This document shows, piece by piece, positions 14,381 through 25,340 of a stretch of 64,000 nucleotides of DNA; positions within the stretch are counted from its first letter, which is position 1, and each line of letters starts with the position of its first letter. The stretch lies in contig CM097885.1 in assembly GCA_044892525.1 (NCBI GenBank), positions 238,392,001-238,456,000 on the forward strand. The letters are read 5' to 3'. The notes beneath the pieces are model-generated. The model saw only the letters and a list, made by a program, of their open reading frames with translations. It was not told the DNA's origin and did not search any database. This DNA comes from Schmidtea polychroa (taxonomy: Eukaryota). Made by a program: the position numbers and the translations under genes.

Positions 14381-17300
14381 CATTTAAATTTTCATTATAA
14401 ATTACATTTCTCAAAAAAGTTGGTTATTATTCAATCTTTTGATAATAAAATTAAAAATCTTACTTTTATTTACTTATTACATTACTTATTTAAAAATTAT
14501 TACTTTAATTAAATTCTTTAAAAATTATTACTTTAATTTACTTATTTAACTTTAATTTAATTTTTTAGAACATTGATTACTTATTTTTAAAATTTGGACC
14601 TTAATTAACTTTAATTTAATTTTTTAACTTTAATTTACTTATCCTTAATTTACCTATTTATGCTTTATTACTTAATTTTACACCATAATTTACTAAACAA
14701 CTAATTATAACCCTTATTTTCATATTTAACCAATAATTTCATGTGGTCATCTGGTTGTAAGTGTTTGGTATCTAGTTGACAGTACTAGGTATCTTGTACT
14801 TGGTTGTTAGTACTTGGTTGATAATGCTTAGTGTCTGGTTGTATGTACTTGGTAGCTAGTTGTTAGTAACTAGTTGTAGGTAATTAATGCTTAGTAGTTG
14901 GTAACTGGTTGTTAGTACTTGGTAGGTGGTAGCTAGTTGGTTGTAGGTACTTAGTAGTTGGTTGATAATGCTTAGTACTTGGTAGGTGGTTGTTAGTTGG
15001 TTGTAGGTACTTAGTAGTTGGTAATTAATGCTTAGTACCTGGTTGATGTTGGTTGTAGGTACTTAGTAGTTGGTAGCTAGTTGGTTGCTATCAGGTAACT
15101 AGTTGTTAGTAACTAGTTGTAGGTATCTGGTTGTTAATACATGTTCGTAATTTACTGGTACTTGGTATCTAGTTGTTAGTTGTTAGCGGGTTGTTAGTAA
15201 CTAGGTATCTAGTTGTTAGTACTTGGTTGTAGGTACTTAGTAGTTGGTAGCTAGTTGAGTGCTGGTTGTAGCTAGTTAATGGGTAACTGGTTGTTAGTAT
15301 CTAGTTGTAGGTACTTAGTAGTTGGTTGATGATGCTTAGTACCTGGTTATTGTCGGTTGTTAGTGTTTAGTATTTAGTTGTTAGTACTTGGTTGATAATG
15401 CTTAGTGTCTGGTTGTATGTACTTGGTATCTAGTTGTTAGTAACTAGTTGTAGGTAATTAATGCTTAGTAGTTGGTAACTGGTTGTTAGTAACTAGTTGT
15501 AGGTTGATAAGGCTTAGTACCTGGTTGTTGACGGTTGTTAGTACTTGGTATCAGGTAACTGGTTGTTAGTATCTAGTTGTAGGTACTTAGTAGTTGGTAA
15601 TTAATGCTTAGTACCTGGTTGTTAGTATTTAGTTGTTTGAGACCTAGTTGTTAGTATCTAGTTGTAGGTATCTGGTAACTAGTTGGTTGTTGGTACTTAG
15701 TAGGTGGTATCTGATACCTGTTTGGTTGCTTGTTTTTGGTTGTTAGTACTTGTTAGGTGGTTGTAGGTACTTAGTATCAGGTAACTAGTTGTTAGTAACT
15801 AGTTGTAGGCACTTGGTATCTGGTAATTTGTTGTAGGTACTTCGTTGTTTTTTGTTGTTAGTACTTAGTAGTTGGTTGTAGGTACTTGGTATCAGGTAAC
15901 TGGTTGTTAGTAACTAATTGTAAGTACTTGGTAGCAGGTAACTAGTTGTTAGTAACTAGTTGTAAGTACTTGGTAGTTGGTAGTAAGTACTTGGTTGATG
16001 TTTGTTGTAAGTACTTGGTATCTAGTACCTAGTTGGTTGTTTTTGGTTGTTAGTACTTAGTAGTTGGTTGTAGGTACTTGGTAGGTGGTAGTTAGTTGTT
16101 AGTACTTGGTACCTAGTTGGTTGCATGTTTTTGGTTGTTGGTACTTGGTATCAGGTAACTGGTTGTAGGTATCTGGTTGGTAATACATGTTCGTAAGTTA
16201 CTGGTTGTTGGTACTAAGTTGTTGATTTGTTGTTGAATTATTATTAAAATTTGTCTTTGAAAAATATTTCTTAAAAATTTCCATTAAAAATTATCATTGA
16301 AAAATATTTCATAAAAATTTCCATTAAAAATTACCATTGAAAATTTTCATTAAAAAATTTCAATTCTCAAACACCTTCAACTTTTTGTAATTAAATTTTA
16401 AAATCTTACTTTAATTTACTTATTTAAAATTTTTTACCATTGATTACTTAATTTAAAAATTATTACTTTAATTTACTTATTTAAAATTTTTTTACCATTG
16501 ATTACTTAATTTAAAATTTGGACCTTAATTTACTTTATTTTAATTTTTTAGAACCTTAATTTACTTTAATTTAAAATTTAGAACCATAATTTACTTTAAT
16601 TTAATTTTTAGGACCATAATTTACTTTAATTTAAAAATTTAGACCATAATTTACTGTAATTTAAAATGTTTGACCATAATTTACTTTAATTTAATTTTTA
16701 GACCATAATTTACTGTAATTTAAATTTTTAGAACCATTATTTACTTTAATTTAATTTTTAAGAACCATTAATTACTGTAATTCAAAAATTTGAGCCATAA
16801 TTTACTGTAATTTAATATTTTAGAACCATAATTTACTATAATTTAATTTTTAGAACCATAATTTACTTATTTAGACCATAATTTACTTTAATTTAAAAAT
16901 TTGGACCATTATTTACTGTAATTTAATTTTTTAGACCCATAATTTACTGTAATTCAAAAATTTGAGCCATAATTTACTGTAATTTAATATTTTAGAACCA
17001 TAATTTACTGTAATTTAAATTTTTAGAACCATTATTTACTTTAATTTAATTTTTAGAACCTTAATTTACTTTAATTTAATTTTTAGGACCTTAATTAAAT
17101 TTTTAGGACCATTATTTACTTTAATTTAAAATGTTTGACCATAATTTACTTTAATTTAATTTTTAGACCATAATTTACTGTAATTTAAATTTTTAGAACC
17201 ATTATTTACTTTAATTTAATTTTTAAGAACCATTAATTACTGTAATTCAAAAATTTGAGCCATAATTTACTGTAATTTAATATTTTAGAACCATAATTTA

Positions 17301-18703
17301 CTATAATTTAATTTTTAGAACCATAATTTACTTATTTAGACCATAATTTACTTTAATTTAAAAATTTGGACCATTATTTACTGTAATTTAATTTTTTAGA
17401 CCCATAATTTACTGTAATTCAAAAATTTGAGCCATAATTTACTGTAATTTAATATTTTAGAACCATAATTTACTGTAATTTAAATTTTTAGAACCATTAT
17501 TTACTTTAATTTAATTTTTAGAACCTTAATTTACTTTAATTTAATTTTTAGGACCTTAATTAAATTTTTAGGACCATTATTTACTTTAATTGAAAAATTT
17601 GAACCATAATTTACTTTAATTTTTAGAACCATTATTTACTGTAATTTAATTTTTTAGGACCATTATTACCTTATTTGAAAATTTGAGCCATAATTTACTG
17701 TAATTTAATTTTTTAGGACCATAATTACCTTATTTGAAAAATTTGAACCATAATTTACTTTAATTGAAAAATTTGGACCATAATTTACTGTAATTTAAAA
17801 ATCTTAGTCCATAATTTACTGTAATTCAATTTTTAGACCCATAATTTACTGTAATTTTAAAAAATATACCACGTTTTTTAGTGTAGACCACCTTTGTCTA
17901 TTGAAATTCTCAGGACCAAGGAGACCCACCTTAATTTAATTCGAAAAATCTATGCTTTTTTATTGATAGTCGGATTTTTGTATTGAAAATATCCTGAGAC
18001 CTTAAATTACCATGCTTCTTTATTGAAGACTCACCTCACTATAGTCTGAAAAATCCTTGGCTTTTTTAGTGGTAGTCGGATTTTTGTATTGAAAATATCC
18101 TGAGACCTTAATTTACCACGTTTTTTAGTGTAGACCACCTATTTCTCAGGACCAAGGAGACTCACCTCACTATAGCGTGATAAATCCTTGGCTTTTTTAT
18201 TGATAGTAGGATTTTTGTATAGAAAAAAATTTTTCGTATTGAAAATCCCAGGACCATCGAGACCCCCTCACTATAGTGTGAATAATCCTTGGCTTTTTTA
18301 GTGGTAGTCGGATTTTTGTATAGAAAAAATTTTATTTGTATTGAAAATCCCAGGACCATCGAGACCCCCTCACTATAGTGTGAATAATCCTTGGCTTTTT
18401 TAGTGGTAGTCGGATTTTTGTATAGAAAAAATTTTATTTGTATTGAAAATCCCAGGACCATCGAGACCCCCTCACTATAGTGTGAATAATCCTTGACTTT
18501 TTTATTGATAGTCGGATTTTTGTGTAGAAATTCCCAGGACCATCAAGACCCTCTCACTATAGTGTGATAAAAAAAAATTTGGACCAAAAATCCCTGAAAG
18601 CAAAAAAATGAGTTGGGAACAATTGCGTAATAAAAATTTGGGAACAAACCCCCCCCCCCCGGGGGGGGGGGGTAATTGTTCCCGTAGGCCACTATCTACC
18701 TAC
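13038..18703. repeat. Copy 2 of 5,672-bp direct tandem duplication
   Basis: Starts ttttttgaatatattgagaaatcag as at 7366; ends gccactatctacctac as at 13036. Confidence 0.95.
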
Positions 18704-19010
18704 TCATGAATTTCCTGTGTTCAAGGTGTCGATAGAAAACAATCTTTCAATTCTGTAGAGGTGTTTCATTCAAACTTATTTGAAAGGTTATCTGTTAGTA
18801 GTAGAACCCTATTGCATTTAGGTACCTTTTCAATTATTTTTGATGACAAACTTACACCTGCTACATTGCCGGCTTTAGGTACAGGCGACTGTTTAAAGCG
18901 TCATAATTTTAAGGGGCGGCAAAATTATGAAAAATTAAAATTTAACAATATTTTTATGTTATGAAAATCATTTGTTGTGTTTCGACCTACTAATATCGCT
19001 TTTTATATAG

Positions 19011-20240
19011 TGTTGGGCTTGAACTGATCTCTATACCCACAAGTTAGAATAGTGATGAAATGTACACAACACGCATACCCAGCATTAAGTTTACTTAAAT
19101 TAAAACATATAAAAACACCAAGTAAACAATAATAATAGAGAAATCAATACACAAAAATCAAAAACATCCAAATAATAATAAATTGATACCTAAGGCAGAA
19201 GTATTGCACAAAACCTCCTTAATTATAACCGAAAACCATAAAACAACAAAAAACAAATTCGAATAAGGGAGATTAGTAAAAGTAAAAAGGAAATTAAAGA
19301 AAATTTTCATAAAAACTTTATCAAAAGAAAATTATGTAAGAATTTTGAATAAAAACCCAGAAAGTCCATCAAAATGACGAATTCCATCATGGCCGCCAAA
19401 CGACCCAATAAAATCCATAAAAATAAATATTTTGAAAAAGAATTCACAAAAGGCAATAAAAAATAAGAAACAGGTTAAATTTAAAATGGAATATTTTGGA
19501 AATGCTTCATGGAAGAAAATTAAATAAAAAATAATTCAAAAATAAAATTTTAAAAATAACAAAAATTACTACGTCAAAATCCCCATCAAAATTGATAAAA
19601 ATTAAGAATTGAATGTTCTATAAGTCAAATAATTCGAATTTGTTTTACTGCACTAATGCATACACACAAACTCGAACACCAAAAATAGGGTATATATACC
19701 GACGCATTTTAGTCACTATTCACTTTATATGCCAATTTATGAGATTTCATGAATTTTATGTACCCCTATCATATTTTATATACATTCCATATTACTTATG
19801 CTATTTTATTCTTCTTTTATTTTATTTAATTTATCAAACGGGGTAACTGAGTGCATAGTGTTCATTTTACACTCGACCTTAGCTGATTCGGTATCAAATA
19901 AAATTAGCCACTCATTGTCGGGTCTTCAACCTGACATGTCAAAATTTTATTTTTTATTGGTCACCAGAGGTCCTACCGCCTTTGTGGTTCTGCTATGGAA
20001 TTTGTGGGATAAATACAGTCTACGGTGACGTGGCTCCATTAGCTGAATAGAAAAGTAATTACGGTGTTACGGCACACTTTGCTGTAGCACTGACCAAACA
20101 TAGCAATAGGACCTACCGTAACGAGTCCAGTGTGACCGCGAAAGTAGGTAAATTTTAATTAATCTGACTCCTCTTGCATTAAATTACATATTTAACTTTA
20201 ACATTTAACTGGTTAATAAACACAACATTAAGATTTGATT
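19011..20240 (+). mobile_element. Truncated, diverged copy of one end of the 5.47-kb TG..CA element
   Basis: Starts TGTTGGGCT and is collinear with the reverse complement of 26883->~25700 (e.g. ggtatatataccgacgcatttt; gaaagtagg.aaattttaattaat). Confidence 0.75.
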
Positions 20241-21731
20241 AATATAGATTAACTCAAACTGCCTACAATATTACATTAATGTATCTGGTTAGACCCCAAT
20301 GAACTTCGTAATGTAATTTACTTAAAAACGTAAATCTATCAATAAACCTAAATAAACTGGAGACTCGTGCCCAAATTTTTTTACATCTATAAATTATATA
20401 ATTATTAAGTTTATGCTAATAGAAGACGATCTGTGAGTATAAATTTTATCGGTATTAATTTTGGTACACCGTCCGAAGCGCGCAAGACAAAAGCGCGCCG
20501 ACAAAATCGAGCGGATAAATGCGCCCAATTTATTCATATATTCAGCACGAAACAGTTCCATTTGGAGACTATTTGAGAGGAATTGTATACAATCTTAATT
20601 TGTAACTATTGTTGGGTTTTTGGTTAATTTAAGTCGGTTCCCTTTGACTCCTCGTGTCCTTTAAATCAAAACAATAACGACCCAACGTATATTGAAATAA
20701 CAAATTCACAATCCTTTATCACCACTTTACAATTAACAATCAAAATTCCGTTTGACCGATTCTCCGCTCGGTGTTGATGCTTTGATAAAGATAATATTCA
20801 CCATTTAGTTTCATAGGTTCTCTTGACCAACGTTTTCCTCTTTTTCTGTTTGATTTGATCCTTTTCGCGCTTTTTATTCTTATTCTATCTCTTCTTTTTC
20901 CTTAATCTCCTAGATTCGTTTTCGCCTTTTCCTAAGCTCAATTTCTTCTTACCTTGCCTGTGGCAAAATGCCGATTTGCTCTGATTTTCCTTTTCCTTAT
21001 ATACTCCTTGAAATCGGTATGACAAATGGTTATTGCCGAGCCAGTCTTTCATTTGACATTTGCTTCCACGTATCTGCTTTGGCTGTCACCCATAATGGTC
21101 CAACAAGCCAAGATAATTTATGGCCCTTCCGGCCTTTCTACACGCACTATCTTCTCCTTGCTCTTTTCCAATTAATCATTGTGTCAAGCTAATGGGCCCA
21201 AATCTTCCTTCTGTTTGCTTTTCTTCTTGTTTACCCAGCTCGGGTTTCCTTCATATCTCGGGTTCTCCACTGGCTCGGGTTTCCCATTAGCTCGGGTTTT
21301 CTATCAGCCAATTAATTAATTAATTAACATTTTCTGTTTTTACACATTTGAATGTTTTTCGACCCTTCCTAACCATTTTCTGATAAATCCCTAATCATCA
21401 TCTTGTTGACCATTGGTGGGTTACAGGTACTGAAAAATCGTTACCTCCTCATGCTGTTTCCAGCGTAACCCAGGATACAATTTATAGCTGACCACTTGAT
21501 ACCCGTTGAGCAATCAACGTTGGTACTGCATCAAGGGTTTGGGTACTAGCAAAAAGTGAGCATGCTTAGCATACTATAATTGTCTAGTACCCACTGGGGT
21601 TCACGGACTGCCGATAGAAGGCCTATGTCCGGTTTCTCTAGTCCGGATTATTATAGAAAACATTATAGAAAAATCACAATGCCCGGCATGAGTGTGCCAG
21701 TAAAGATTTATTCATAACAACAAATCGGAAC

Positions 21732-22205
21732 TCATAGGGTTGTAGTCGGTTCTTTCGGTGCGGACTCTGACGAAGTAGCATTGAGTGTCAATTGGGCCTG
21801 ACAGGCTTGGCGGATTCTCGCCCGCGCCGCTTTACCAGGCCGAATCTTCTTCTTCGAGATCTTCGACGCTTTTTCCTTCGGTTGGTGAAAAAGTTCACTC
21901 ATAGGTCGGATCTTGAGAATGACCTCTCGATCAAGGTCCTGTTGGTGTACCTTGACCTCCAGCTCTCTCACTCTCAGGCGGAGGGCCCGCAACTCAACTT
22001 GATCTTGGGCACTCTGAAGTTGCAATCGGGTGATGAGTTTCATTCGCTTCTTCATCTCTGCGGGCGGAAACCAGGTGCTCTCGAAGTTCCGACAATGGGC
22101 CTTGATTCGTGCTAGCTTGGCCCGGTATTCCTCGGCTTGCTGTTGCGCCTTCTCTCTGTCTGCTCTCATTTCTTCCAGGAGTTGTAACACTAAAATAGAC
22201 AACAT
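21732..22205 (-). CDS. Hypothetical coiled-coil/basic protein, probably the last exon of an element-borne gene
   Basis: GC-rich 157-aa ORF; candidate 29-bp intron gtaacaat...ttttag immediately upstream; AATAAA ~20 bp after the stop. Confidence 0.55.
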   Translation of the reverse strand: MLSILVLQLLEEMRADREKAQQQAEEYRAKLARIKAHCRNFESTWFPPAEMKKRMKLITRLQLQSAQDQVELRALRLRVRELEVKVHQQDLDREVILKIRPMSELFHQPKEKASKISKKKIRPGKAARARIRQACQAQLTLNATSSESAPKEPTTTL

Positions 22206-22728
22206 TAGAGATTGTTACCTCGGCGTGGAGTAGCGCACGTTATTAATACTGAATGAATGTCGTCCCTGCGTCACCGCTCCCCACTGCGCACATCTAGACC
22301 TATTCTATGGACTTTACCAAAACTTATAGGGCTGGTCGTAATGGTCAACGTTAGGGCAAATCATAGTCAATGGCCACGCTGGCCCACGTTGAAGAAAGTG
22401 ACTGAATTCCAAACGGTGCAAACCATGAAATTAACACAGGTAATTAAAACATAAATCAACAATTGAATTAAGAGAGATCATCGACCATAATCATGCTGGT
22501 CTACGTTACAGAAAATTATCAAAACCAAAACGATGCTAATGATGAAATTATTATTGAGAATAAACACTTAAATAGGCAATTCGATCACTATGGACTATCA
22601 AAACAAAGAAGGTGATGTAATAACATCCATTGCACCACATAAATTACACTGCAAATCCAGCGACAAAGTCATTTTCGTGCGATATAGTGTTTAGTCACGA
22701 GTCCCAATCCTTGCTCACGACGCAGATG

Positions 22729-23229
22729 TTAGGCGTGTCGCGCCCTGTTGGCTTTTGACCTGGTAATCCCTCCGACTGAGCCGACGGTTCTTCGGGGGCG
22801 TCCACGTCTTCTTGGTCGTTCCGGCCCATGCGGGGAAGCTCTTGGATAGTCGAGCCCACGGCGAAGAGCTGCGGTCCGTTTAGGGTGACACTGAGCTCGC
22901 GCGTACCCGTCACAGTCCCCCAACTCGCCGGCCAGGGTTGCTTCCTCGAGTCGGTGTAATCGGTCCACCGCCACCTTCACCTCGTCAAAGGCATCGATCA
23001 AAGCTAATGACGTATAGTTGAGGTAAGGCTCCACCTTCGGGGTTACGGGGACCACACTCTGGTAGGTCCAATCGTGGATTTTATACCAAATCCACCTGGA
23101 CCTTAAGCGAGTGATCTCTTCCTCCCGATCCAATCTGTTGATCTCGTTCGCTTCCTCCTGAGTTGGTTGGAGGCTTGAATCGGAAGATGAGGGACCGGCC
23201 TGTACGTTTCTTGATCTAGTGCTGGGCAT
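22729..23229 (-). CDS. Hypothetical protein (166 aa) within the giant element
   Basis: ATG-initiated, GC-rich ORF with protein-like composition against AT-rich flanks; no family recognised. Confidence 0.55.
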   Translation of the reverse strand: MPSTRSRNVQAGPSSSDSSLQPTQEEANEINRLDREEEITRLRSRWIWYKIHDWTYQSVVPVTPKVEPYLNYTSLALIDAFDEVKVAVDRLHRLEEATLAGELGDCDGYARAQCHPKRTAALRRGLDYPRASPHGPERPRRRGRPRRTVGSVGGITRSKANRARHA

Positions 23230-24559
23230 GTCTATAATGATAAGATTTAATAGACGCTTGGGTGCGTAGTTAAAATTCGAACTATAGCATCATACTATCA
23301 AACCGCTACACGGTTTTTATGATTTAAATTGTTCAATAAAAGAAATCTTTTTATCTTAATAATTTTCAATTTACAAATCACTAAGTTTATTAAATTAATA
23401 GTTTAGAAGTTATAAATTACCAGATATTTAAATTCAAAATTAATAAATTTGGATCTCACAAAATAGGGGAAATAAAAATTAGGATTTCAGATTCTTGTTT
23501 ATCTGCTTCAAAATTTAATTCCCCATTATATTAAGTAATCATCATAATTCTAATAATTTCGTAGTTTCCTTTCTTTTTATCCTAATATGCTTCACAAAAT
23601 TGTGCCACTCAGACTTATTATGGGAGGGGTATCGCTATGCGTCCTAGATTCACATCTGGTCCCTAGCAATCCCTAACCGTAGTGGTAGTGAGAGGCTTTC
23701 ACTTCAACATCATTCGGCAAGTAACTTTTTTATAACTTTGACATGGTTTAATTTCAGGAATTGGGATCTCGTTGGTTATCACATTCATTAAATTCAACCA
23801 GATAATTAATTTTATCCTACTACTTTACGAACTAGTTGTTGGGTAATTTCATTGATTCTTTTACCAAACTAACCTATGATTCGCGATATGCAGCAAATAT
23901 TGGATAGTTTTGTAAGTGCTTTTATTTACATTAAAATAATTCATAAATTTATGGTAATGTATCATAAAACGTTGACTAATTATTAATTCTGGGTTATGAT
24001 TTTATATCTTGACTTAGGTAGCTAATCCTGTAGAAACAAAGGGAAGGAGAAGGTTTTCTTGTCATGCATAGGTTGACTACTGGGTATCCTGGATTAGGTT
24101 CGCGCGGGTGTGATAGGTTTCGCACGAGAATCAATGTCCCGAATGACATGGTCGACGGTGATTGGCGCTTTTTTAAAAGGTGTATGCATCGCCCATTTGG
24201 GCAGTCAGAGTGAGTTTGACGAGGGCCCCTTTTAGTTGGTAAGGTTGTTGGTATTAATAGCAGTGGCCCCATTGGCTGATTCTCATCATGAGCAAAAATA
24301 AATCAATAAAGTTAATTTTGAATTTTCTATTTATAGTATCATTTTAATGAATCTATAAATTAGTTAAATGAGGTATATAATTAATAGGTGGGCTGGGGTG
24401 GGGTTAAGGGTAAGGGTGAAGGCCAAATATAGATAGAATTTAATTGACTTATCTGTAACTCTATTGTTAATAAATCAGCTAAATCAGGTTGGTAATTCGA
24501 GGCAACATCTCAATAATTTTGGATGATAACAATACCATCAAAAGGGGTTTGTAATCTCA

Positions 24560-25340
24560 GAATAATGAATGTAATGAATACTGTAAATTGGGTTTATAAT
24601 TTTAAGTATCTAAATAATATTAAATGATGATGCTACAATAAAATGGATTTAGAATTTTAGGACATCTAAATAATCTTAAATGATAATTAACACAATAATT
24701 GGATTTGGGTTTTTATGATATATAAATGATATTGAATGAGAATAATACAATCAAATGGATATATGACTTTACAGTTTAAAATAAAATGGTTTTCAAATTT
24801 TTTAGTATACGATAAAATGGATTTATAATTTGGTGGTATCTGGTTAATATTAAGTGATAATGATACAATAAAAAGGATTTAGCATTTTATGATATGTGAA
24901 TAATCTTAAATGATAGTTAATACAATAAATGGATTTGGGTTTTTGATATATAAATAATATTGAATGAGAATAATACGATAAAATGGATATACAACTTTAC
25001 CGTTTTAGGACAAAATGGAGTTAAAAGTTTATAATATGCAACAAAATGGATTTATGGTTTGATGGTATCTAATTACTACTAAGTGATGATATTACAGTAA
25101 AATGGATTTAAAAGTTTATGATATCCAAATAATCTTAAATGATGGTTTATACAATAAATGGATTTGGGTTTTTGATATATAAATAATATTGAATGGGAAT
25201 AATACAATAGAATGGATATATGACTTTACAGTTTGAGAATTAAATGGTTTTCAAAATTTTATAATATACGATAAAATGGGTTTATAATTTGAGAATATCT
25301 AATTAGTATTAAGCGATAATGATACAACGCAATAGATTAT
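24560..25340. repeat. ~230-bp tandem repeat x~3.4 inside the giant element
   Basis: The ggattta...aataatcttaaatgat...ggatttgggtttt block recurs at ~24645, 24875 and 25104. Confidence 0.85.

Noticed and set aside
8039..18461. ORFs 8039, 8610, 12490 and their duplicates, plus 1816/6010
   Set aside because: They are translations of tandem repeats and microsatellites with no protein-like signal.
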